Assembly: GCA_964488745.1 (NCBI GenBank)
Contig: CAZAVP010000009.1
Coordinates: forward strand, 15,729 to 79,728
Length of the DNA: 64,000 nucleotides
Reading direction: 5' to 3'
Origin: an uncultured Chryseobacterium sp.
GTDB taxonomy: Bacteria; Bacteroidota; Bacteroidia; Flavobacteriales_D; Crocinitomicaceae
Part shown: positions 53,805-62,948 of the stretch, piece after piece
Numbering within the stretch: the first letter of the stretch is position 1
Layout of the letters: every line of letters starts with the position of its first letter
Notes under the pieces: generated by a model
What the model was told of the DNA's origin: nothing
The model's input: the letters and a program-made list of their open reading frames with translations, nothing else
Database searches by the model: none
Position numbers and translations under genes: made by a program

Positions 53805-56492
53805 ATGAATTTCAAAAGATTATTAATCCTATCTCTGATTCTCATCTCCAGTTTGAGAGCCAATGCAACCCACATTATTGGGGGTGAGATATATTATGAT
53901 TATCTTGGAAACAATAACTATCGAATTTACATCGTTTTATACCGAGATTGTGCTACTGTAAATGGCGCTCCTTATGATAACCCGCTCAGTTTGGGAATAT
54001 ACAGTGCCAATAATGTGTTGGTCAGAACAGTGCAAGTTCCTTTTCCTGGAAGTGTCGTTTTGCCCATTGTTTTCGACAATCCTTGTGTAGTTCCACCAAC
54101 GGGATTTTGCAATGAAAAAGCCGTTTATACTACCGAGGTAAATTTGCCACCAACTCCTGGCGGTTATAATGTGAGCTATCAGCGATGTTGTCGTAGACCG
54201 GATGTGATTAACATTCAAAACCCCGGAGATACAGGCTTGACAGTTACCACACACATTACTGGAACGGATTCGAACGCATTGGTCAATAATTCGCCACGGT
54301 TTACCAATTATCCTCCCATGGTATTGTGTAATAATGAAGTTCTCGTCTTTGATCATTCAGCAACAGATGCAGACGGTGATGAATTGAGGTACGAATTGAT
54401 TACGCCTTATTCGGGTGCTACGGATGTGTCTCCACAGCCCAATCCGCCACCACCGCCACCGTATGGTTTGGTGTTTTGGGGTGCAGGTTTTACAGCAAAC
54501 AACCCTTTTGGTGCGGGTGCGACCATTTCCATCGATCCGATTACAGGAATCCTAACAGCTGACCCTTTAATGCTTGGGATGTTTGTTGTTGGTGTGCGCG
54601 TGAAAGAATATCGGAATGGAACTTTGATAGGCAAAACCGATCGTGATTTTATTTTTAAGGTAATCAATTGCAACATCACCTTGCAAGCAGTTATAACGCC
54701 TCAAAATCAAATGACCACGTTTGTTTCTTATTGCGAAGGAACTACCATCACATTCGATAATCAAAGTTATGGCGCAAATTCTTATGTATGGGATTTTGGG
54801 GTGGCAGGTATAACAACTGACGTAAGCACGGCTTTCGAACCTACGTACACTTTTCCTGCACCAGGGATTTATACGGTGACTTTAGTAGCAAATCCAGGTT
54901 GGCCTTGCACGGATACATCGGTTCAAATTTTTGAAGTCAATGAGAAGCTGGAAATTAGTTTTACCAAAGACAATCCCATGTGTTTTAAAAACAATTCATT
55001 TGATTTTAATGGAATATTAAATGGTCCTGCTGGGACGGCATTGACATGGGATTTTGGTCCAGATGCCACGCCAATGACATCCAATCAGCTAAACGTAAAT
55101 AACGTCACATTCTCACAAAGTGGGTACATGCCTGTAACGTTGTCAGCGGTATTTAGTTCTTGTAACAAAATCTTTAAGGATTCCGTTTTGGTTATGCCGC
55201 AATCGAACGCTGATTTTGAATTGCCACCAGGAGCTGTTTGTGAAGGATTTACCAAGAGTTTTCAAAATACATCTCAGAGTGCGGTCAATTTTTCATGGGA
55301 TTTTGGGGTGCCTGGAATTACAGATGATGTAAGTTCAGCAGTAAATCCAACATACACTTACAACGCAGCGGGAAGCTATGAAGTAACTTTAATTGCTAAC
55401 AACAACAATGCTTGTAACGACACCATAAAAAAAATCGTTAAAGTAGAAGAACAACTAGCCGCCTCGTTCACACACACTGATTCGTTGTGCATCACGGGAA
55501 ATAGTTTTGACTTTGTGGGAGCTGCATCCGGTCCTTCTGGGTTTAACATCACTTGGGATTTTGGTCCAGATGCAACGCCCAATACTTCCAGTCAATTAAC
55601 GGTCAACGGGGTTTCGTATTCTTCCGCAGGAAATCATCCTGTAACATTCACTATTGCTACCGATGATTGCAGTGAATCAGTTACATCTAGTATTTTTATT
55701 TTCCGAGAACCAACGGTTGATTTTGAAATGGACGATAAGCTAAAGTGCGCACCTTACCTAGGGCAATTTACCAACCTAAGCACTTCAGATACTCCTGCAC
55801 AATATTTATGGGATTTTGGTGACGGAACCACGTCAACGGATAAAAACCCTCAACACGTTTACGAGAATCCAGGAGCTTATCAAATTCAATTGACGCTAAT
55901 CACCACTTCAGGATGTGTTCGAACATTGACTTTGAATCATCCCAATTTGGTTACGGTGCATCCCACTCCCGTGTCTAAATTTTCGGTTGATCCCTTGATT
56001 ACCAATGTTTGCGATTCCAAAATCACGTTTACCGATCTCTCCTCTGGTGCGATGAGTTATTTCTATTTGCTGGATGACAACGGCGGATATTCTACCGAGC
56101 AAAATCCAATACATTATTATCAATCAAGCGGGCAGAAACGTCCACGCCAAATTGTGACCAATGAATTTGGTTGTCAAGACACCAGTTTTCAGCAGTTGTA
56201 CATTGAGCCGTTCACCGTCTATATCCCAAATACATTTACACCGGATGGAAATCAATTCAACAACGTTTTCGACGCCGTAATCTATCTTCCAATTACCTTT
56301 TGGGAATTTAAAATCTATGACCGTTGGGGAGAATTGCTATTTGTTTCAGAAAATCCCGATTATGGTTGGGACGGAACATACAATGGCGTAATTGTGCAAG
56401 ATGATACGTACACGTACGTTTTGAAATACATTTCATGTGAGGATAATGTGAAAGAACACGTTGTTACTGGGCATGTTAATTTGTTGAGATAA
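53805..56492 (+). CDS. Large PKD-repeat surface protein with T9SS type B (gliding-motility CHU_C-type) C-terminal sorting domain
   Basis: Repeated W(D)FG(D/P)...T motifs (PKD-like) occur about 4 times. The C-terminus is IPNTFTPDGNQFNNVF...YDRWGELLF...GWDGTYNG...DDTYTYVLKY. Confidence 0.8.
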   Translation: MNFKRLLILSLILISSLRANATHIIGGEIYYDYLGNNNYRIYIVLYRDCATVNGAPYDNPLSLGIYSANNVLVRTVQVPFPGSVVLPIVFDNPCVVPPTGFCNEKAVYTTEVNLPPTPGGYNVSYQRCCRRPDVINIQNPGDTGLTVTTHITGTDSNALVNNSPRFTNYPPMVLCNNEVLVFDHSATDADGDELRYELITPYSGATDVSPQPNPPPPPPYGLVFWGAGFTANNPFGAGATISIDPITGILTADPLMLGMFVVGVRVKEYRNGTLIGKTDRDFIFKVINCNITLQAVITPQNQMTTFVSYCEGTTITFDNQSYGANSYVWDFGVAGITTDVSTAFEPTYTFPAPGIYTVTLVANPGWPCTDTSVQIFEVNEKLEISFTKDNPMCFKNNSFDFNGILNGPAGTALTWDFGPDATPMTSNQLNVNNVTFSQSGYMPVTLSAVFSSCNKIFKDSVLVMPQSNADFELPPGAVCEGFTKSFQNTSQSAVNFSWDFGVPGITDDVSSAVNPTYTYNAAGSYEVTLIANNNNACNDTIKKIVKVEEQLAASFTHTDSLCITGNSFDFVGAASGPSGFNITWDFGPDATPNTSSQLTVNGVSYSSAGNHPVTFTIATDDCSESVTSSIFIFREPTVDFEMDDKLKCAPYLGQFTNLSTSDTPAQYLWDFGDGTTSTDKNPQHVYENPGAYQIQLTLITTSGCVRTLTLNHPNLVTVHPTPVSKFSVDPLITNVCDSKITFTDLSSGAMSYFYLLDDNGGYSTEQNPIHYYQSSGQKRPRQIVTNEFGCQDTSFQQLYIEPFTVYIPNTFTPDGNQFNNVFDAVIYLPITFWEFKIYDRWGELLFVSENPDYGWDGTYNGVIVQDDTYTYVLKYISCEDNVKEHVVTGHVNLLR

Positions 56493-56605
56493 AATTTAGA
56501 ATAGGCATCACGAAATTATGCGGAGTTACATCCATTGATATTTTTTTCTTCATCAAATAGGATAATCTAAAACAAGTGAAAAGTATAAATAATACGACAA
56601 TCCAC

Positions 56606-56776
56606 AGGGCAAACGCATTTAAAATTTGGTAAGTCTAAATTTTAGAAAAGACAATTTTATTAAGCGGTGGATTCATCCACCGCTTGATTGCAAACTGAGA
56701 TGAGTTGTTTGTGGCATGCGTTTTTGTTTAAAAACCATGACATAAACCAATTTAGAAGTTAAATACGTTTGCCCTG
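56606..56776. mobile_element. 171-bp MITE, copy 2
   Basis: Same length and orientation as copy 1, with 6 substitutions and no indels by manual alignment. Flanking direct repeat CGACAATCC at 56595-56603 and 56777-56785. Confidence 0.85.
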
Positions 56777-56893
56777 CGACAATCCGAAAATAATTTTTTT
56801 ATTGTTAATTAATTCTTAATTTGCACCACAAACAAACTAAAATAAATTTATTTATGAAAAATACCATCTACACTACTTGTCTGATTTCTCACG

Positions 56894-57338
56894 GTGGAAG
56901 TCAATGGAAAATTAACGCTTAAAGCGGGAGATTTCATTCATCTTTTTAATGGAACGCATTTTAAAGCAGGATCAGACGTGCACATTGTACCAGAGTATCA
57001 GGCATGTACTGATTATCGGATTGCACGTAGTCCTGAGTCTGATGAAAACAATTCTCAAAAAACAATGAATAAAGATTTTGAACAAGTAGTTCCAACGAGA
57101 GCGACAAACAATTCTTTTTTTCATTTTCCCTAATCCAAGTAATGAAAGTATTGAAATAGGATCGGATAATATGCCATGGACACAAGTGAAAATATTTGAT
57201 TTAAATGGGATATTGCTTGGCATCTACCAATTCGAAGACAGTAATAAAATAAATGTTAGTTTATTTTATGCAGGAATATATATCGTTCAGATACAAAGTG
57301 AAAATAACATCGAAACACATAAATTTCTTAAATTATGA
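56894..57338 (+). pseudogene. Remnant of a T9SS-sorted surface protein (coathanger-like repeat plus type A CTD), frameshifted
   Basis: Frame 2 gives GKLTLKAGDFIHLFNGTHFKAGSDVHI. After the T7 run at 57115-57121, frame 0 gives IFPNPSNESIEI...GIYIVQIQSENNIETHKFLKL (T9SS CTD). There is no proper N-terminal region. Confidence 0.65.
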
Positions 57339-57568
57339 AAAATCTAGCTTTTTATATTATCCTTTCGATTTCTGCCCTTTCTTGCACCAAGCTCGGAAAA
57401 AACGTAACCATTGAAGGTCGTGTAATGAATCCAATTAAGGGTGAAGGAATTGAAGGAATAGAACTTGAATTGTTGCGCACAACAGCTGGTTTACCAGGCG
57501 GTTATAAAAGTGTAAAATCTACAAATTCCAATTCAGATGGAAGTTATGAAAGAAATCTACTAATTTGA
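57335..57568 (+). CDS. Small lipoprotein with a carboxypeptidase-regulatory-like fragment
   Basis: Lipobox LSC, then VTIEGRVMNPIKGEGIEGIELEL. Only 77 aa, possibly truncated. Confidence 0.4.
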   Translation: MKNLAFYIILSISALSCTKLGKNVTIEGRVMNPIKGEGIEGIELELLRTTAGLPGGYKSVKSTNSNSDGSYERNLLI

Positions 57569-57624
57569 TAATTCTCGTTCCTTCGCCCAATTTTATTATT
57601 TTTGTATAAAAGAGAGATTCAAAA

Positions 57625-58176
57625 ATGAAAATTTTCCTGCTTAGCATCTTGTCACTTTTGATCTTGGCGTCTTGTCACGACTTGAAAAAGCAAAAACAAG
57701 TGAAGAGAATGGATGAGTTGATTCACACCGTATCTGAAATTTCTCAAGAACTGAAAGAAATGGACTCCACGAAGATGAAAATGATTTTGGCTGAAGTGAC
57801 GAAAGTTCGAACAAGCATTCAAGAGAATTACCAAGCAGATACGCTTACAATTGAACTGGGTCAGCAATTAGAAGATTATAAATTGGTAGGTAAACAAGCA
57901 CTTTGGGTAAAGAATAATCTATCAATTGCATCGAAAACTATCTATGAAACTGAAAGTAGATTAAAGCAACTGCGAGCTAATATCGCAGCTGGAAATGGTG
58001 AAAGAGAGAAATACGATTCTTACATTCAAAATGAATTTAAACAGGTGGAAGATTTGAAAAAATTGCATCAATCCTTGCTAAAAAACAGTTTGGAAGCCGT
58101 TCAAAAATACCAAGAATTAAACGACAAAATGATAGAATACAGCAAAAGTCTGATTTTAAAAAATAACGCTATATGA
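57625..58176 (+). CDS. Coiled-coil lipoprotein, function unknown
   Basis: Lipobox LASC. 183 aa and helical/charged. Its stop overlaps the next start (ATGA). Confidence 0.55.
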   Translation: MKIFLLSILSLLILASCHDLKKQKQVKRMDELIHTVSEISQELKEMDSTKMKMILAEVTKVRTSIQENYQADTLTIELGQQLEDYKLVGKQALWVKNNLSIASKTIYETESRLKQLRANIAAGNGEREKYDSYIQNEFKQVEDLKKLHQSLLKNSLEAVQKYQELNDKMIEYSKSLILKNNAI

Positions 58177-59999
58177 AGAGTATAATTGTTCTTATTTCGC
58201 TGTTTTTCTGTTTCAATTTGTTTGCACAAACAGGAACCGACCAGCAATTGGCGAATTATTATTTCAGCGCTGGCGAATATGAGAAAGCACTTCCTTACGC
58301 TCAGAAAGTGTTTAACAAAGACAATAACAAAGCGAATTTTATGCGCTATTTCGATTGTTTGAATTACGTCGGCGACGAAAAACAAGCGGAGAAAATCTTA
58401 AAAAAACAAATCAGTGACGACCGAAATCAGTTGGAATATTCCATCTTACTCGGAAGTTTTTACGAAACCAAAGGTCGCGCCAAGGAAGCAACAAAGGTTT
58501 ACCAGAATTTGGTGGATGATTATGCTAATTCTACCTTAACAATTACCGATCTGTATCACGCATTTAAGTCCAACGGGAAATTAGATTGGGCACTGATTAC
58601 GCTTGAAAAAGGAAGGAAAATATTCAAAAGCGCTTATCCTTTAAACCTTCAGTTTGCCGAAATTTATGGTTTACAGCAAAAAAAGGATAAGATGATTGAC
58701 GAGTACTTTCAATTTTTAGATGAAAATTCGAGCAATTCAACTTTGGTCCAAAATGCGTTGGAAGATAGAATTATTTTTGCGCCTGAGAATCCCGACTATG
58801 AGTTGGTTAAAGAAAAACTGATCGTTAAATCTCAAAAGAAACCAAACGAGTCCATTTACACGGAAATGCTGATTTGGTTGTTTTCTCAAGGCAAGCAATT
58901 TAATGCAGCCTTCGTACAGGCGCAAGCTTTGGACAAAAGACAACAAGGTGCTGGAAAATATGTTTATGAATTGGGAATAACTTGTGTGCAAAATAAAGAA
59001 TATCAAGTCGCACGCAAAGCTTTTCAATACGTTGTGGGATTAGGAGATAAAAGTTATCTATTTCTCGAAGCTGAATACGCACTTTTGAATACCCGTTACT
59101 ACGAAATCACGCAGTTTCGAAATTATGCTACAGAAGAATTGAATGCGGCGATTTCCGATTATGAAACAACCATTCAACGGGTTGGAAAAAATAGAAATAC
59201 CTTGCGATTAATTATGGAATTGGCAGAAATAAAGGCGTTCTACGCCAATCGATCCAGCGATGCACAGAAATTATTGGAGGATGCGTTACTGATTCCAGGT
59301 TTAACCAATATACAACAAGCGGAAATTAAAATTGCATTGGGTGACATATTCGTAATTCAAGACGATATTTGGTCGGCGTCCATTCTGTACATGCAAGTCG
59401 ATCGTGATTTCAAATACGAACCAATCGGTTTTGAAGCGAAATTTAAAAATGCGCGCATTTTCTATTACGATGGAGATTTCGACTTTGCCCAAAATCAATT
59501 GGATGTTTTGAAGCAATCTACCAGTAAATTAATCGCCAACGATGCCATGAAATTATCCTTGTTGATTACCGAAAATTACGGTTTGGATAGCAATTACACT
59601 GCGATGAGCAAATTTGCCAAAGCAGATTTATTGATCCAGCAACACCAATACGACCAAGCATTCTCCATCTTCGATTCCATCATTGCCGAATTTCCTTTTC
59701 ATGAATTGAGTGATGAGATTCTACTACGCAAATCACTCGCAATGCAAAATCAAGGTAAATGGACAGAAGCAATTTCATATCTCAACGAACTTTTAAAGTA
59801 TCATTCCGATCAAATCTTAGCCGACGATGCCGTTTTCCAACTTGGCGACATTTATGAAAACCACCTCATAGATACCGAAAAAGCCATGGAATATTATAAG
59901 ATAATTTTATTTGATTACAAAGGCAGTTTGTACACCAACGAAGCGCGAAAACGTTTGAGAATATTGCGAGGTGATGTTTTGGTAGGGGAAGAATTGTAA
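58173..59999 (+). CDS. Tetratricopeptide-repeat protein
   Basis: Signal peptide and repeated A/Y/L TPR-like helices. 608 aa. Confidence 0.7.
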   Translation: MKSIIVLISLFFCFNLFAQTGTDQQLANYYFSAGEYEKALPYAQKVFNKDNNKANFMRYFDCLNYVGDEKQAEKILKKQISDDRNQLEYSILLGSFYETKGRAKEATKVYQNLVDDYANSTLTITDLYHAFKSNGKLDWALITLEKGRKIFKSAYPLNLQFAEIYGLQQKKDKMIDEYFQFLDENSSNSTLVQNALEDRIIFAPENPDYELVKEKLIVKSQKKPNESIYTEMLIWLFSQGKQFNAAFVQAQALDKRQQGAGKYVYELGITCVQNKEYQVARKAFQYVVGLGDKSYLFLEAEYALLNTRYYEITQFRNYATEELNAAISDYETTIQRVGKNRNTLRLIMELAEIKAFYANRSSDAQKLLEDALLIPGLTNIQQAEIKIALGDIFVIQDDIWSASILYMQVDRDFKYEPIGFEAKFKNARIFYYDGDFDFAQNQLDVLKQSTSKLIANDAMKLSLLITENYGLDSNYTAMSKFAKADLLIQQHQYDQAFSIFDSIIAEFPFHELSDEILLRKSLAMQNQGKWTEAISYLNELLKYHSDQILADDAVFQLGDIYENHLIDTEKAMEYYKIILFDYKGSLYTNEARKRLRILRGDVLVGEEL

Positions 60000-60110
60000 G
60001 TGATGAAGGTTTACTGATTGCCATTTTTTAATTTCAGTTTAAAAGGAACTTTATAAATATCAACCCATTTCCACGACAATTCAATATTATTCACTATCGT
60101 CCGATAAAAA

Positions 60111-60279
60111 GATTTCTCAAGGCAAAGCCTTTTCGAAATGACAGGTTTTGTGACGTTTGTTTGCTTTTTTCATTTGAGCAGTCGATGTATCGACTCTCAA
60201 ATGAAAAAAACAACGACGCACATAAGAAATTGTCATTTCGAAAAATTTTATGCACGCAGTAAATGAAATTTGAGAAATC
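60111..60279. repeat. 169-bp nested imperfect palindrome (MITE/REP-like) between convergent genes
   Basis: Three nested arm pairs: gatttctca/tgagaaatc (60111-60119/60271-60279), tttcgaaatgaca/tgtcatttcgaaa (60131-60143/60231-60243), and ttttttcatttgag/ctcaaatgaaaaaa (60165-60178/60196-60209). The core is gtcgat-gt-atcgac. Confidence 0.7.
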
Positions 60280-60461
60280 AATGATATCTTAATTCCTTTC
60301 CATCAATGCATTAAGTTTTTTTAACCACCATTTCAAAAAAATCGAATCAAGGGTTTATTTTTATTGTGGAGGTGCAATTAAGCGCATCTCCACAATAAAA
60401 TGATGGGTTCCACTCTTATTTGTGTGGAAAATGTTAAGTCCCAATCTTCCGATTGGAATTC

Positions 60462-61367
60462 TTAATCTTCTAAAACTCCAAATTTTCCTTGGTTGAAATC
60501 GTTGAAAGCCTGAACTAACTCTTCTTGCGTGTTCATCACAAACGGTCCGTGAGACGCAATAGGTTCATTAATCGGTTCTCCACTTAGAACTAAAACCACT
60601 GCTTCTTCTGTTGCTTCAATCTCAAATTGTTCTCCGTCGTTTGCCATCAATGCCAAATGATTCGTTGGCGCAGCTTCTGAACCGTTCACGATAATCGCAC
60701 CTTCAATAACTAATAAAACTGTATTATAATGTGCAGGAAAACTAAATGTTGCTTTACCACCTACTTTCAGTTTCGCATTCAACATGTTGATTGGGGTAAA
60801 CGTTGTTGCTGCGCCATCGGTTTGATGATATTCTCCAGCAATGACCTCGATTTGTCCCATCTCATTTTCTAAATTTACTCTTGGAATATCCTGATATTTA
60901 ATCGCTTGATATTTGGGCGTACTCATTTTGTCTTTTTGAGGTAAGTTTACCCAAAGTTGCACCATTTGAAATTCACCACCGGTTTTACTCCATTCTTTTT
61001 CGTGGTATTCTTTGTGCAAAACGCCGCTTGCAGCAGTCATCCATTGTACGTCGCCTTCGCCGATGATTCCGCCACCGCCACTGCTATCGTGATGCTGAAC
61101 TCTTCCTTTGTAGGCAATTGTAACGGTTTCAAATCCACGGTGTGGATGCACGCCAACACCTCTTGGTGAATCAGTGGGTGAAAAATTGTATTTCGAACCG
61201 TAATCCAACATGATAAACGGATCCATGCGTTTCATGTCCATGCGGTAACCGCTCGGAATGAAATTATGAACTCTAAAACCGTCACCTACAAAATGTGGTT
61301 CGCGTGGGCTTGCTATTAATTCTACTGTTTTTGTTTCCATATCATTTATTTTAATTGAATCTTTCAT
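60462..61367 (-). CDS. Pirin-family protein
   Basis: HPHRGFETVT cupin metal motif and a bicupin length of 301 aa. An alternative start is METKTV at 61340. Confidence 0.9.
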   Translation of the reverse strand: MKDSIKINDMETKTVELIASPREPHFVGDGFRVHNFIPSGYRMDMKRMDPFIMLDYGSKYNFSPTDSPRGVGVHPHRGFETVTIAYKGRVQHHDSSGGGGIIGEGDVQWMTAASGVLHKEYHEKEWSKTGGEFQMVQLWVNLPQKDKMSTPKYQAIKYQDIPRVNLENEMGQIEVIAGEYHQTDGAATTFTPINMLNAKLKVGGKATFSFPAHYNTVLLVIEGAIIVNGSEAAPTNHLALMANDGEQFEIEATEEAVVLVLSGEPINEPIASHGPFVMNTQEELVQAFNDFNQGKFGVLED

Positions 61368-61428
61368 AAAGCAAAGTTAAGTTCAACTCACTCGTTTTGC
61401 ATTGATGTATGATAAGAAAATCGTTGTA

Positions 61429-62013
61429 CTACTTTTTGTGAGCAATTTCTTTTCGAACACGGCTCAAGCTTTCGGGTGTAATTCCCAAATAGGAAGCAAT
61501 CATGGTTTGGGGAACACGTAATGCAACATCGGGATACATTGCTATAAAATTCAAATAGCGTTCTTCAGCTGTAGCACTTAGCAGCATTCCGATACGATCT
61601 TGTAAATGTCGGATGTGATTGTGTAATAACCGGTTATTAAAAGCTGTAAACCCAGGCACTAATTCTGCCATTTTATTCATAAAATTTTCATCCATCAAAA
61701 CAACGACGCTATCTTCTAGCGCTTGAATGTTATACATCGAAGGTTGATTAAAATATACGCTGTCACGATCAGTAACGATCCAATTTTCAGGAGCAAACGA
61801 AAGAATGTGTTCTTTGCCATTTTCCGTCAAAGCATATTGGCGAAATAATCCATTTTCAACGAAAAAAGAATGTTTGCAATAATCACCTTGATTTAATAAA
61901 ATATAATTTTTCTTGACTGATAAACGTTCGCATTGATTCAACAAAGTAATGACATCAGATTCTTTGACATCCAAATTGGAAGTGAAAAACCGAATAAAAT
62001 TTGGACAGTCCAT
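61429..62013 (-). CDS. Crp/Fnr-family transcriptional regulator
   Basis: N-terminal cNMP-binding-like barrel. C-terminal HTH QTMIASYLGITPESLSRVRK. Confidence 0.85.
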   Translation of the reverse strand: MDCPNFIRFFTSNLDVKESDVITLLNQCERLSVKKNYILLNQGDYCKHSFFVENGLFRQYALTENGKEHILSFAPENWIVTDRDSVYFNQPSMYNIQALEDSVVVLMDENFMNKMAELVPGFTAFNNRLLHNHIRHLQDRIGMLLSATAEERYLNFIAMYPDVALRVPQTMIASYLGITPESLSRVRKEIAHKK

Positions 62014-62077
62014 TTCAATGTAAAATTAAAATTATTGCTGAAAATCAAAAGAATAACTACCAATTAACGATCAAATA

Positions 62078-62791
62078 TCATTCATTGAATAACGTTTTGA
62101 AAGGATCAAATTGATTCAAATTATCTACTTCTTTCATTTTCCCATTGGCAACTCTGAAAACACGACCAGGGAATTTCTCAACCATCGACATATCATGCGT
62201 AGCCATAACAACAGCCGATTTTTCCTCTTTTGCAACCGCAATCAACAAACGCATGATTTCTTCGGATGTTTCGGGATCTAAATTTCCCGTTGGTTCATCG
62301 GCCAAAATCAAAGGTGGGTTATTCAAAAGTGCTCTGGCAATGGAAACGCGTTGTTGTTCTCCTCCTGATAAAGTGTGCGGCATTTGATTTGCTTTGTGAT
62401 CAATTCCAACCATTTTTAAAACTGCTTCAGCACGACTTTTCATTAAATTCTTATCTGTCCAACCCGTTGCTTGCATGACAAAAATTAAGTTTTTCATCAC
62501 AGAGCGATCCGTGAGTAATTGAAAGTCCTGAAATACAATGCCAATTTTTCGGCGAAGCATTGGGATGTCTTTTTTCCCCAAGGTGCGTAGGTCTATCCCT
62601 GAAACAGAACCTTTTCCTTTTTTTAACAACAATTCACCGTAAAGGGTTTTCAATAAACTGCTTTTCCCACTTCCTGTTTTTCCAATTAGATAAACCAGAT
62701 CATTGTCATTGACATCGAAATGGATGTCGTCTAGCACCAGTTCACTTTGTTGGTAAATTTGTACGTCTTTTAATTCAATAATATTTCCCAC
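62078..62791 (-). CDS. ftsE: Cell-division ABC ATPase FtsE-like
   Basis: GKTGSGKSSLLK, LSGGEQQRVSIARAL, ILADEPTGNLD. GTG start. Confidence 0.8.
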   Translation of the reverse strand: MGNIIELKDVQIYQQSELVLDDIHFDVNDNDLVYLIGKTGSGKSSLLKTLYGELLLKKGKGSVSGIDLRTLGKKDIPMLRRKIGIVFQDFQLLTDRSVMKNLIFVMQATGWTDKNLMKSRAEAVLKMVGIDHKANQMPHTLSGGEQQRVSIARALLNNPPLILADEPTGNLDPETSEEIMRLLIAVAKEEKSAVVMATHDMSMVEKFPGRVFRVANGKMKEVDNLNQFDPFKTLFNE

Positions 62792-62948
62792 AGATCCATG
62801 ATTTATCGTAAAGTTGAGAATAATAACTGCATCAAAACAATTTGAATTGAAATAATCTTAACAGAATCACGTTTAAAACTTTTAAGAAAGTCCTCTCCAA
62901 AGACCTTTAAAGTCTCTTAATTTTACTCTTTTATAAAACAGCAATTCA

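Noticed and set aside
36407-56776. The idea that the two MITE copies bound a 20-kb composite transposon.
   Set aside because: - Each copy has its own distinct target-site duplication, so they inserted independently.
- The copies are direct, not inverted.
- No transposase gene lies between them.
- The interval includes ordinary metabolic and heme-uptake genes.
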